The position numbers were made by a program, and so were the translations under genes. Positions 50,801 to 64,000 of a stretch of DNA of 64,000 nt are shown piece by piece. Source of the stretch: Cenococcum geophilum (Eukaryota); contig CP158635.1 of assembly GCA_050273025.1 (NCBI GenBank), positions 2,418,001 to 2,482,000 on the forward strand. Reading direction: 5' to 3'. The notes under the pieces were generated by a model. That model had not been told where the DNA came from and did no database searches. It saw only the letters and a program-made list of their open reading frames with translations. Position 1 is the first letter of the stretch, and every line of letters starts with the position of its first letter.

Positions 50801-53800
50801 TTTAATATATTTGTTTTTATAACCGTCTCTAGTCCTAGTTAATAGATCTTAAAAACTGGCTTCTAGGTAAATAACTCTTTAACTTTCTTAAATAGCTCTT
50901 ACTATTCCTTTCCCTATACCTATAGTTCTTCTTTCTTTATTAATCGCGTAAATAGTTTAATATCCTTTAACTATTGCGCTATAAACCTTCTATAGTAATT
51001 ACAAAACCCTAGAAATAATCTTAACTATATAACGTTCTCTAGTTCTTACTAATTTACTATAGCCTTAATTTTCTTTAGATCTATACTAAGTTGGCCTAGT
51101 TTAATAATAAATTCTATAAAATTAGTCTTCCTAGTAAAGAACTCGCATTTCTTAATTACTACTAGCATCTATTCTTCTTATAGTCTCTTTAAGACCTATT
51201 TAACGTGTTCCCCGTGTTCTTCCTTAGTTATTAAGTAGATAATAATGTTATTAAGGTATACTATAACGAATTTATCTAAGTATTCTCCTAACACATTATT
51301 AATACGCTTTTAGAATATTACTAGTGCGTTTATAAGCCCAAATTATATAACTAATGGCTTATATAGTTCTTCCTTTAACCTAAAAGCTGCCTTTTATTTA
51401 TTACCTTCCTTAATCCTAATCTAATGGTATGCCTATCTTAGATCTATCTTTATAAAGATTTACGCGTTGCCTATCCTATCTTAAATTTTACTAATTAAGG
51501 GTAAAGAATACCTATCCTTCCTAGTAATGCTATTTAACTATCTATAGTTAATATATAGCCTTAGTTTACTATTCTTCTTTGGTATAAATAGTACTAGGTA
51601 ACCTGCTAATAACTATAATAGTCTAATATATCCCTTTTGTAAATTTTCTTAGACAAACTCTTTTAATGCTCTACCTTCTTCTTTGGTAAGCTTATAGATT
51701 GGAAAGAACCTTAGACTTATTCCCAGTTTTAATTCTATCTTATAGTCCTATACTATATAATCTGCTAGCTTTTTACTATACTTATAGTATCTCTTTAGTA
51801 CGTAACTTAAGCCTTACTTAGTCTCTTTATATATCACTCCGACTTAGTACTATACTAACTTAGTTTACTATTACCTCTTACGTTATTAAGTATCTCTAAT
51901 ATTAACCTAGCCTATAATCCAATTAATTTTTAGATTATATTCCTATAACTAAGGCATGTCTAATACTGCCTTATCCCTTCCTAATAGTAGGATATTAAAA
52001 GATATCTTAATTTATCTCCCTTTAATAGTTATCTAAATAGGTCCTGTTTTAAGACTAATAATCCCTCCTCTATAGGCTATTAGATTTCCTAAAATTATAA
52101 CTAATAAGTAAGGTTGCTCCTTCTATCTATAAGGTAATTCTATTCACTTAACTGCTATTAATAAGATATAGTTTCGCGTTACTTTACTATCTATTAGCAC
52201 TTTAAACTACTAATCTTACTATTTAACTTATAAATTTAGGTATCGTCTTTAAATTCCTTTAAGGGTCTAAGGCTTTACTACTAGCTCCCTTTAATCCTAT
52301 AGGCCTTAACTTTTCCTAACTATTAGCTACTTAATCCTTATATACTTAGCTTAATTTTTAGCTAATACCTAGTTTACTTCTTATCTTTAATATACTATAG
52401 ATACGTATTCTCTAAGCATTTCTACTACTATCCGTCTAAGCATTCTTCTATAAGAAATCTTTTTAGTTAAAGTATTAAGTCTTCTAACTCTTAAACTTCT
52501 GTTAAATGCCATCTATATATATACTTAGTATTCCTATACTATCGCTTATCTAGCGCCTAATATATCCTTATAGGGTATTTCTGATTCTTTTCCTTTAGAT
52601 TCTTATACATTTTATATATATCGTCTACGTATGCAATCCATAATAGTATATAGTATACTAGGTACTTTAGGTTAACTCTTAATTTATCTTTATTCTTAAG
52701 TTTAAACCTCTACTATGCTAATCTAAACGTTGCGACTTTATTTGTAGGTACTAAAATATGCCTTTTACTTCTCTAGTCCTCTAATTATTTCTTTAGATCC
52801 TTTAACGTTATAATTAAGGCTCCTTTAATATAAGTTATAGCCTTCTTTATAATTAGGTAGTCCTAGATAACTTTTTCATCCAACTATATATAGAAATCTT
52901 CCCACTTATCGTTATGTCTTTATCTATACTACTTTTAGTATAGCTATTAGAGTATATATAGCTTGTCTATAAGAAAGTATCTTCTTATTACTATATTATA
53001 ATAGCCCTTTATATATCGTTCTTTAAACCTAATAGTAATCCCTAAATCCTTTTCATTTTCCAGTTTAGTAAGCTACTTAGCTCTTAGTATGCCTGCCCTA
53101 GGCCTATTAGTAATTCTTTATACTAGTACTTTATCCCTTATACATCCTAATATGCTAAATCTCTTATTTAGTTTCTGTTCTTACTATACGATAATTCTTT
53201 GCCTAAATTCTTCTATAGTTTCCTTTAGTTTACGTCTTACTAATAGATCCTTAAAGTCTTCTTGCTTCTTAATCTTAGTATTAACTTTTTAATCTTTAGG
53301 CCAAACACTGCGTTCCCCTAGTAAGTCTTCTAGGTCTATATATCTGTCTCCTAACCTAACTACTATTTATACTGCGGATTCTCTAATCCCTTACCTTTTA
53401 CTTATAGGTGTCTTTATTCGTACTCCGAATTCTTAATCCCTTAGATTCTTTAATCCTAAGCTTACTTCTAACTTAAGCTTAGCTCTAGCCTTAGTCTAAC
53501 TAGGCTTACTTAGTGTTCTTATCTCGTTTTAAAAGTCTTAAATCTTACTTATCTCTTCTTAAGAATCTTATACCGGTAGAAAACTTCGTCCTAAGCTTAT
53601 TCGTATATTGCTAAACTGAGCTATTACTCTACTCTATCGGTTATTGTCCATTATAGGTTCTTAAGCTTGCCTTATCTCGTCTTGAGAATCTTAATTATCT
53701 TATATCTTATCTTAAGCTTATGGCCTTTTACCTTTATTAAGTGCTAAAGTGATTTACTATCCTACTTCTCTTATATTTTATAAAGCGATAGATATTATAT

Positions 53801-56800
53801 CTAGTGGGGTCTTAATCCCTACTAATGTTCCCTATTCTATAGTGGAATTATCCTCTACCTCTAGTATAACATCTCCAATAGCTATATATTCCTAGTAAAC
53901 CGCCTTTATTACCTTATTATCACGAAATATTTTACCTTTATTAAATTCATTATCCTTAATATCCAATCTATAAACTAGTTCGTTAGTTCCTTTATATTCT
54001 ACTAAGTATAGCTTTTATAGCTAATAGCTTGCGCCGTACTTAGCGTCTTTATAAATTTAGTATGCGTTATTATAACAAAACGCAAAACTTTTAATTAAAT
54101 ATTCTTTTGTTTTTTATAGCATATTATTATCCCTCTATACGTATATATTATCTACTATTAGTCTAGTTTCCTTTATTATATAGTACTTCTAACCATCTTT
54201 ATAATCCCTTATAAAGTAACCTTATTTCCTGCAATTTATATAAGCTCCCTCTCTAAACTATTTTTTTTACTATAGAGTCCGCCTAAATATCTTCTACTAT
54301 TAAGATCCCTAATTTAGCCTCTGCTCCTTAGACCTTTAATTACTTAATCCTTATCCTTTAGGTTTTTATAATTTCTTATTCCATCTTTTAGGTTCTTTAG
54401 TACTACTTAGGTCTATTAGCTCTGCGCTATACTATCCCCTCCGCGGGCAATACCTTCCGCACAGACCAGAACATTGCACGTGATGCCCCATTAGAATGTA
54501 TGCAATACACCCCTTTTTAATTAATTCTAACTACTAGTAGTATACGAATCTAGGTGCTCTTGCCAGCAAGGCCCATCTCTGCATAAGGCTATATTACATT
54601 GATTATATACATAGTTCGTACGTGGCGCCCTAGGTGGTTTACTAGCAATATTAGTAGAAATCTCACCTAGAGCTGGCCTGTCAAATCTACGTTTAGATGC
54701 GTATCGAGCTCCAGCCTAGCATGCCATACATGCACTCTGTTTTGTACCTTTAACTAGCTAGCCAGAATGGCTACCAGAGGGTTTAAGCACCGTAGCTAGT
54801 ACTGTACGTTTTCCTGGTACACTACTATGTATAAATATATGCAAATGGGCTCGATTTCTAGCCATTAATTTAATGGCTAGTTCCCTCCGGAATATATTAT
54901 GCAATCCCATCCTTTTCTGCCTATTATAATATCCACATACATCCCATATTTTAGCCATATTATATAGCGCTGTATCAAAAAGGTAGCCGAATAGGGGTTT
55001 CCATGTATAATACGTACGACGAGTAATTAGACACTCAGCACGCCCCTAATCCGCCAAATCAACACCATTCATACTATGGTTATAGCCATTAATAAAAACT
55101 GGGATATCTAGAGGCTTTTAAAAAGCCTTACCCTATATACGCTTCGTAATCGCATTACTATTCTTTAGATGTTTTCAAATACGTTCAATGGTATCTTTAC
55201 CGTTATATACGGTAGACATAAACAGTACGACATTACTGTCCTTCCATGCAAACTGGAGTACGCTAGGTTTAGTATGCGATATCTCTATATATAGCGTGCC
55301 CCATAGAACCTTTATATTGTGTTAAATTTTAATATCCATAATAGATTGGTTGAGTCCACAATTAGATTCGGAGGTACGTTTTTCACTAGATATTCCAGAA
55401 ATTTAAGATTTAGCCTTAATTTAAGTAACTTCTTCCTGCTCTTCTCTCTTTATTTTAGTTATTCGTATAATACTAGCAGCACCAATTCCAAGTCTTTAAA
55501 GTTCTGTAAGGAGACGTGCACTTATAAATAGATTGTCCATCCAAACCACTTAGTTAACTCCTAAACGTTAACCTTAGAGCATTAATTCCAGTACTACTAC
55601 CTAGGTAGCCGTAAAACCTTATTATTACCATTTCGGATTAAGGCCTTATAGTCTATTAATCTTGCGTATTCCACGCGCATGCCAGATAAAATTAAAAACA
55701 TAGCCATCTAAAGCCTTTACCCAAATCTTATATCTAGTAGGGATTGGTTTACTAGGAATTGTAACAATCTCAGAAGCCCTCCCCTAGAATCCCTAAATAT
55801 ATTCATTGACAGCAATATAAGTACCTGGAATTATATATGTCTATAACGCAGTTCTAATAATATCGTCTAGTGGCTCCATTTTTTTAAAAGGTCATAAATT
55901 TAGTTGTCCAGGTCGATTTACATAGAAAAATCTATATATTTGCTCCCATCGTTTTAAAGCCATTAACTGTTAAATTAAGTCAAATACTACTCCATTTTGT
56001 GGCTGTGTATTCTAGTATTTATCGATTATTTAAAGTCTTTAACATCCTATAAATACTGCAATACCTAGATAGGCTAGTATTTTATTTAAATTCACAGGAC
56101 GCCAAGCTCTTGCATACTTTTGCTAAGGATATTTTGTACGTTTAATATCGGCATTTTTATTAGTTGCGTTAACAAGCATTTAAATAATAGATTCTTTAAA
56201 AAATAGCTTAAATAAAGCTTCTAGGTCGCTTAAATTAACAGTAGTAGGAATATATAGCGTGTTTTGTTTACTTTTATAAACAAATGGTTCAAAGTAAGGA
56301 ATAGGGGGGACAGACAGTGCAGGTCCTTTAATAGGTTTTAATTCTAAATATATAACAAGATCGTAGTCATTACATTTCCTAGGCATGTTTCCTAGTAAAT
56401 TAATAAGGTAGTAGATGGACAGGAATAGTAGCCATTATAGCTCGTTGCATGCATTGCATACATCTTAATGGGCATCACGTGCAATGTTCTGGTCCGTGCG
56501 GAAGGTATTGCCCGCGGAGGGGATAGTTTTTAACTTAGCTTTGGTCGTTGTATACTCTACGCCTTATATAATTATAGAACTCTATCCTAACCTCTCTTAG
56601 CCTGTTCCGTTTAGTAAATCCAATTATTAATCTTAATTGCTTAATCTATTAACTCTTATAGGGTTTCCGCATCTTTTATTAGGATAATTACGTTCTAGAC
56701 TTTAGCCTTAAGTCCCTATTTATACTATACTATAAGCGCCCTATTATTTCACTCTACTTATATTACTAACGTCTAGAATTACGTTATATACTTAATCGCT

Positions 56801-57804
56801 AAGATTCGTTGTATAATATTCTAGATTTTTTTTTCTACTATAGTTGCTGCCTCCGGGTCTCTAAATATTTATATAAGTCGCTCTATAAACCCTTCCTAGC
56901 TTAAGAACATAAATCGTATATCTTAATTAGTGGTCGTTATTTCATTTGCCTATATCTCCGTAAGGTAGGCTTAAACCACTTAAGTGCTCTTCCTAATAGA
57001 AACAGTCCTGCATAGGCTATTCGATCCATAGGTATTAGTAGTTTTGCCCCTTCCTATATAACCTTAAAGTGCATTTACATAAAAAATCCCTTAAGTTTAG
57101 ACTTTTCGCCTAAGTACCTTTTAATTAAGGGTAATTTAATATTCGCTGCTCTAATCCTATTAAGCCTATTTTCTAATATTATATTATTTTCTATTAGCTA
57201 GTTAACTATCTCTTATAACTATCCAACTGTTATAGGTTGCTATAAGTTAGTATCTACTATACTAGTGTCGTTACCTAACCTTAAAGTAGTTGGCACCGTC
57301 AATAGCGTTATAGTGGCTGCTTTTAGTAGCATATTGTCCGACCTTCTATATTTAATACCATAACTAGGTAATAATTATATAACGGAACCTTGTAGTAAGA
57401 ACTATAATAGGTCCTGTTATTAGGCTAGGTGTATAGGAAATGTAAATAATAGTAGTTGACAATGTAATAATAACTAGTGGAGTAGTTGCCTAATAAATTA
57501 ACTCTAATTATATTCTAAGAATTACTATAAGGAAGGAACTATCTAGGTAGGGACTAAGGGTCCTTAAATACACAACTGTACTCCTATAAAATCCTTCTTA
57601 TACGTAATATACGTCTTATATATAAGGTACCTAAGTTCCTCTTATTCCTCTCGTTTAATACGTAGCATATTATGTGACCTCGGCTACTATTCCTCATCAT
57701 ATAGTTCTACCGGTTCCATCCTAAACCGTGCTTAAATTAACTAACTAGCTTCTTCCAACTCTTCTTTAAGTAGTCGTAACATCGTACTTAAAGCGTCCGT
57801 AACA
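47812..57804 (-). mobile_element. Ty3/Gypsy family A copy 2 (LTRs at 47812-48238 and 57378-57804), TTTTA TSD, with a piggyBac-type element nested in gag
   Basis: Colinear with 10227-18196; TTTTA at 47807-47811 and 57805-57809. Confidence 0.93.
54436..56522 (-). mobile_element. piggyBac-type DNA transposon (2087 bp, ~70-bp TIRs CCCCTCCGCGGGCAATACC...), transposase pseudogene ~56386-54550
   Basis: Near-perfect long TIRs. Minus-strand fragments AYLGIAVFIG, MALKRWEQIYRFF, IAVNE...GRASEIVTIPSKPIP, FAWKDSNVVLFMST, YNHSMNGVDLAD*GR and a Cys-rich C-terminus (LCRDGPCWQEH). Confidence 0.9.
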
Positions 57805-58929
57805 TTTTATAAGCGGATACCGGGTTAGGAATATAATTAGCTTTTTTTATACTACTTTTAGCTGCTTTAAAATAGCTTCTAACTATACCTTTTTTATTAT
57901 ACCTTTAATAAGGCCTAAAAAGCGGTTAAACTATAGGTTAATAAGATACCCATTATAAGTTCTAGAGTTAGTTACTAGCCTTACTAGTAAAATAGACCTA
58001 TAAAGCGTAAATATAGGCTTATGTTTCTTAAGTGAGTTTTCTTTTATATATCGCCGTTATAATATTTAAAGGTACTCTTCTCTTACCTATGGCGCAGTAG
58101 TTAAGTTAAAATTGTCTTTATAGTCTAACTCGTCCTTACTTTCCCTAGTACTATTTAGGTCCCCTTTAGATTAAATACTAAGTTTATATACTCTATATTA
58201 AAGGAAGGTTACTTATTTTATAGACAAAGCTATATTAGGGTTTAGGCGAATATAGCTTACTAGGGAGAATATAAAGCTAAATATTAGTTATTTACACGAT
58301 AAGGTATAGATTAGGCGCGTAAAAGAGTATTTTAAACTAGTATGCAATTATTTACGTAGTAAGGTATAGATTAGGCATATAGAAGAGTATTTTAAACTAA
58401 TACGTAATTACTAAGAGCCAGAGGTATATTATAAAGATACTACTTTTTATAGCAGTAAGTAGTTAGATAGGAAAGAGAGTATTCTATTCACTAGGGTTTA
58501 TTAAGTGCCAAATAGTAAAGGAGACTATTAAGTATTATAGTTAGACTCCGGTTATATATAAAGGTATAACCTACTTTAACTAAAAGATTAGGACTTCGCG
58601 TCTTTAACTAAGCTAGTTTTACTACCAGATTATTAATAGATTTAGTAGATTTATTAATATTTAGTCGCTATTATTTTATAAAAAAAGTAGGTATAGACTC
58701 ACAGTCACTATCCTTATTATTAGAGATTACCCTTTTTAGCCAGAGGCGGCCATGTATATTCTATATATTATTAGCTAGCTTAATATATTATATATAATGT
58801 TAATAGGGTCTATTATATACCTACTTCTCTTTATATTTAGATATAACTAGACCAGAGTCGCTATTCTTATTATTAGATATTACCCTTTTTAGCCAGAGGC
58901 AGCTATATATATTCTATATATTATTAGCT

Positions 58930-59354
58930 TATTACGGACGCTTTAAGTACGATGTTACGACTACTTGGAGAAGAGACGGAAGAAGCTAGTTGGTTAATTC
59001 AGGCACGGTCCACAATGGAATCAGTAGAACTATGTGACGAGGAATAGTAACCGAGGTCACATGATGTGCTACGTATTAAACGAGAGGAGCGAAAGGAACT
59101 CACGTACCTTACGTATAAGACGTATATTACGTACAAGAAGGATTTTATAGGAGTACGGTTGTGTATTTAAGGACCCTCAGTCCCTACCTAGATAGTTCCT
59201 TCCTTGTAGTGATTCTTAGAATACAATTAGAGTTAATCTATTAGGCAACCACTCCACCAGTTGTTATTACGTTGTTGACTTTTATACTTGCATTTCCTAC
59301 ACACCTAGCCCAATAACGAGCCCATCGTAGTTCTTGCTATAAGGTTTCGTTATA
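58930..59354 (+). mobile_element. Solo LTR of family A, TAGCT TSD
   Basis: Reverse complement of the family A LTRs; TAGCT at 58925-58929 and 59355-59359; inserted in a ~150-bp local duplication (~58710-59440). Confidence 0.9.
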
Positions 59355-60375
59355 TAGCTAGCTTAATATATTATATATAACGCTAATAGGGTCTATTATA
59401 TGCCTACTCTTCTCTATACCTAAATGTAACTAAACTAGAGTTATAATATTACTCGTTTTAGCTAGGTTCCATATACTTATTCTGGCTAGGTTTAATATAC
59501 TTATTCTTTATTAGCGTGTTCTTCCTTCTATTAACTAAGATATAGGCAACTTTTAGTAATAGGCTAGATAGAGATATAAGGTTAATTATACCAGTTATCC
59601 TTATTTCCTTATTCTATATTAACTTAAAATAGGGTTCTTGCTACTGGTTTAAGTATTTAATAATATATTTTTATATTTACCTACTATAGTAACATTCCTA
59701 TATTTGCCTAGTTAGTAAAAGGTATAGCTTATAGCTAGAATAGGTTATCTTATAGCTGTTTTTATAATATTTAGGGCGTATATAGATTAATAACTTAAAA
59801 GAATGTATACTAGTATAGTATATATTAGACTAATAGCAGTATTAGTAAGAGTATTATTACTATAGTGTTTATAAATAACTTAAATAGGGTGTATTTATTG
59901 TAATTAGCTACTAGTTCTAACTAGTTACAGTTAAGCCGCAACAATAACCTATTAACTTACGTTAAGTTAGTAGTTAAAGATTATTTAATACTATTTACTA
60001 TTATATGCGAAACTGTTTTATTTTATTAGTATATCTCTTAGTAGATATAGTATAGGTATATAAAAGGTTAAACATTAATCCCAATAACAAAAGTATTAGG
60101 CTAGTAAGGCTTATATCTAAATTTAATAGGAAGGTACCTTATTAAACCGCTTTATCTACCTAAGGTGCTGGCTTTTAGATCCTATACCTTATTCCAGTCT
60201 ACCTATACTAGGTTTAACACCTATCTCACGCTTAAAGTAAAGCTTATTTACCTTATCTATATATCTTACTAGTATAAATAATGCTAGGGTAGGTATAGGC
60301 GGCATATAGGACAGTAATAACACTTCTATATAGTTATATCGCTATATTCTACACCCTTATATAACACCTAGTATG

Positions 60376-60461
60376 GCCCACAAAGCCCTACTGCACGCGT
60401 CCACGTCGCCGCGGGTGGAAACATCATCAGGAAATCGTTTTCTTTTGATGGCCAAGTGCAG
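60376..60461 (+). ncRNA. Second HDV-like ribozyme copy (P1 5' strand damaged: GCCCACA)
   Basis: P2, P3, L3, P1.1 and the P1 3' strand are identical to 32808-32892; two G->A changes in P1; J4/2 is GCCAA. Confidence 0.8.
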
Positions 60462-61064
60462 AGGCGATGGTAGGGAGCCGTCGCAGCGCGTGCAGCACGC
60501 TGTCGTCGCGGTTCTGTGGTGTTGAGCTCGCGACGCGTACTATCGTACAAAGCATCGCCCTTAACAACACCAGGAGCCTTACTGCCTCCGCTTAAGGCTT
60601 CTGCTCTACCACCTAGGGAGGCCTATCAAGGGATACTAGGATACGAAAACCACCTAATATACGACTACCTGGCTTATAGCTAGGCCCGAAACTGGCCTTA
60701 TTATTAGCTAGTTAACGTGGACGCGCCCTAGTCATACAACAGGACACCCTTAGGCTTGCACCAGCTCTGAGATCGTAAGACGAGGGCGTAGGGAAACCCT
60801 TTTTTATAAGAACTTGTTAAGGTTAACGCGTCGTAGATACCTCGTATAAAACTTATTAAGGCCCCTAAAGCCACCGCGAAGAACTTGTTAAGGCCCTACC
60901 TAGAGAACTCGTTAAGGCCCCTCTACGAGAGCCTATCCGGTACATCCAGGAGACTTAGAAGAGGGTCTTAATAGGCGTGGTGCGCGCGACCTGGATGAGA
61001 CAGTGACGCGACAGCGACGCGACGGCGACGCGACGGCGACCAGATGGCTCGACGAGGTGGAAAC
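60376..61064 (+). repeat. 3'-interrupted copy 3 of the ribozyme-headed non-coding unit
   Basis: Homology to copy 1 starts at the ribozyme G1 and stops after GAGGTGGAAAC. Confidence 0.85.
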
Positions 61065-61994
61065 GAGTCTGAAGCTCGGAGAGTGTAGCCGAAAGCTCCG
61101 GGAGTGTTCAAATACGCCACGTCGCAAAATCTTACACTTGATGAACTTTAGCCCTGTGCGCGCACACCTAATGAGCTTTTAATACAAAATTCTTCAAAAT
61201 TATCGCGATTAATATATTAAAGCTACACATCATCATATAATATTGCAACCATACTCTATCTTTGGCGTATTTAAGATCGTGCAAATCTTAGCATTAAAAA
61301 TGGCTAATAATACGTAAGTATCCCGAAGTGCGTAAAGATATATCTAGGATAGATTAATAATGTATCTAGGATATAATCTAGGTACCCTTACGCACCTACC
61401 TATCTTAGGTAGTTCTTCTATACTACTGCTAATAGAAGAAACTTAGCCCTTAATTAAAGACTTAGAATAATTACGGGAGGACTTCTTCTATAAAGGGTAA
61501 TGGGTGTAGGAGGAACGCATATATATAAATATTAAAGATAGTAATTAGGATATATCCGGCTTATATTAGGAGTACCACGAAGATATTTAATCCTAAATGC
61601 CTATACTATAACAATCTGCCAATGCCTCTTCTTTAACGATAGTAGTAAGTAGAATTATATAACGCGAGCTATATATAATATATAAACTAATTATCTCTAT
61701 AATATAGCCAGGCTTAATATTAATTACACAAACTAGATCGCTTATAGTAGAAAGACTTATATTTAGTTAAGAGATACTAAAATATCCTGTGTCCTCTAAG
61801 CACAGAATTAAATATATTATAGATTTATCTAGCCTATAGCTAAATAATAAGAATATTATAAAGATGTACAAAAATATAAGATACTATATCCTAGATAGAT
61901 CCTATATATAACTTAGCTCTAATATAGATAGATATAATACTTATATATATTAAAGAACAAAATAAGTATAATATACCCTCTTCTTGGCCTCTAA

Positions 61995-64000
61995 TGTTAC
62001 AGACGCTTTAAGTACAATGTTACGACTACTTGGAGAAGAGACGGAAGAAGCTAGTTGGTTAATTTAGGCACGGTCCATGATGGAACCGGTAGAACTATAT
62101 AACGAGGAATGGTAACCAAGGTTATATAATATGCTACATATTAAACGAGAGGAATAAGAGGAACTTATATACCTTACATATAAGACGTATATTACGTATA
62201 AGAAGGATTTTATAGGAGTACGGTTGTGTATTTAAGGACCCTCAGTCCCTACCTAGATAGTTCCTTCCTTATAGTAATTCTTAGAATATAATTAGAGTTA
62301 ATCTATGGGCAACCACTCCACCAGTTAATATTACGTTGTTGACTTTTATACTTGCATTTCCTATATACCTAGCCCAATAACAAGCCCATCATAGTTCTTG
62401 CTACAAGGTTCCGTTACATAATTACTACCTAGTTATAGTATTAATATAAGAAGTTAAACAACATGCCACCAAAAGCAGCTACCACGATGCCATTAATGGC
62501 AGCAACTACTTTAGGGACAGGAGGTAATACTAGTATGGCAGATACTAACTTATAGCAACCTATAACGGTCGGGCAACTATAGGAGATAGTTAACTAGCTA
62601 ATAGCTAACAATATAGTGTTAGAAGAAAGACTTAACGGAATAAAAGCAGCAAAGATTAAGCTACTATTAATTAAGAGATTTATAGAAGAGAGGTTAAAAC
62701 TTAAAGAATTCCTTACGTAGATGCACTTTAAGGTCTTATAGGAGGGAGTAAAGTTACCTACACCCATGGATTGGATAGCCTACGTAGGACTATTCTTATT
62801 AGGAAAAGCACTTAAGTAGTTTAAACCTTACCTTATAGAGATATAGGCAAACGAAATAACGACTACTAACCAAAATATATAATTTATGTTCTTAAGTTAG
62901 AAAGGATTTGTAAAGCAACTTACGCAGATATTCGGAGACCCGGAAGAAATAATTATAGCGGAAAGAAAACTCCAGAACCTTATACAACGAACTTTAGTAA
63001 TTAAGTATATAATATAGTTCTAGACACTAGCAATATAAGTAGAGTAGAATAATAGGGCGCTTATAGCATAGTATAAATAAGGACTTAAGGCTAAAGTCTA
63101 GGATGCGATTATCCTAATAGAAGATGCGGATACCCTAAGGGAACTAATAGATTAGGCGATTAAGATTAACAATTAGATCTACTAAAGGGAACAGGCTAAG
63201 AAAGGCTAAGATAGAGTTCTATAGTTATATAAGGCGCAGAGTACGTAACAACAAAAGCTAAGTTAGAAACTATAGTATGGCGCAGAGCTAATAGACCTAA
63301 GTAGTACCAAAGAAGCCCATAAGGGAGGGAGCAAACTATAGAAACCTAGAGGATAAGGATTAAGTAATTAAAGGTCCAAAGAGCAGAGGCTAAATCAGGG
63401 ATCTTAATAGCAGAAGATATTTAGGCAGACTCTATAATAAAAGAAATGGTTTAAAGAAGGAGCTTTTATAAATTATGGAAAATAGGGTTATTACGTCAGA
63501 GACTATAGAAGTGGGTAGAGTTACTACGTAGTAAAGGGCATAAGACTAGTAGACAATATATACGTATAGAGGGACGATAATATACTATAAGGAACAAAAG
63601 AATGTTTAATTAAAAGTTTTGCGTTTTATTATAATAACATATACCAAATTTATAAGGACGCTAAGTATGGCGTAAGCTATTAGCTATAAGAGCTAGCACC
63701 TATAGGATACAGAGGAACTAATAAACTAGTTCGCAGATTAGATATTAAGGACAATAAATTTAACCTAGGCAAAATATTCCGTAACGATAAGGCAATAAAG
63801 GCCGCTTACTAGGAGCGAGCAGACCTTAGAGATATTATACTAGAAGTAGAGGATAATTCCACTATAAAATAGGGAATATTAGTAGGGATCGAAACCCTAC
63901 TAGATATAATATCTATTGCTTTATAAGACGTAAGAGAAATAGGACAGCAAACTACTTCGGCACTTAATAAAGGCAAAAGGCCAAAGGCTTAAGATTCTTA
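61995..64000 (+). mobile_element. Ty3/Gypsy family A copy 3: 5' LTR (61995-62418) and gag (ATG 62463), running off the right edge
   Basis: LTR TGTTAC...GTTACA; MPPKAATTMP gag start homologous to the other family A copies. Confidence 0.9.

Noticed and set aside
60355..60375. TATATAACACCT upstream of ribozyme copy 2 resembles the unit 3' end (head-to-tail array)
   Set aside because: Short AT-rich similarity only, with no extended homology upstream.

Overview
This window is an AT-rich, heavily RIP-mutated (CpA->TpA / TpG->TpA) block of nested transposons from a filamentous ascomycete. It holds a Helitron Rep-PIF1 relic (carrying a MITE and a TRIM), Tad1-like LINE relics, at least three Ty3/Gypsy chromovirus families with readable LTRs and 5-bp TSDs, a piggyBac-type transposon and a solo LTR. 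Only one intact gene remains: an intronless coiled-coil + HNH-type nuclease (43168-44625). The most striking structure is at 32808-37913, a single retro-insertion bounded by a 13-bp TSD. It consists of a ~1.44-kb GC-rich non-coding unit starting exactly at the predicted cleavage site of a complete HDV-like self-cleaving ribozyme, a second 5'-truncated copy of that unit, and the 3' half of a LINE with an (ATT)n tail. A third ribozyme-headed copy lies at 60376-61064. This suggests a ribozyme-processed non-coding RNA family mobilised by LINE template jumping. All calls were made by eye; no searches or folding programs were run, and boundaries of degraded relics are approximate.
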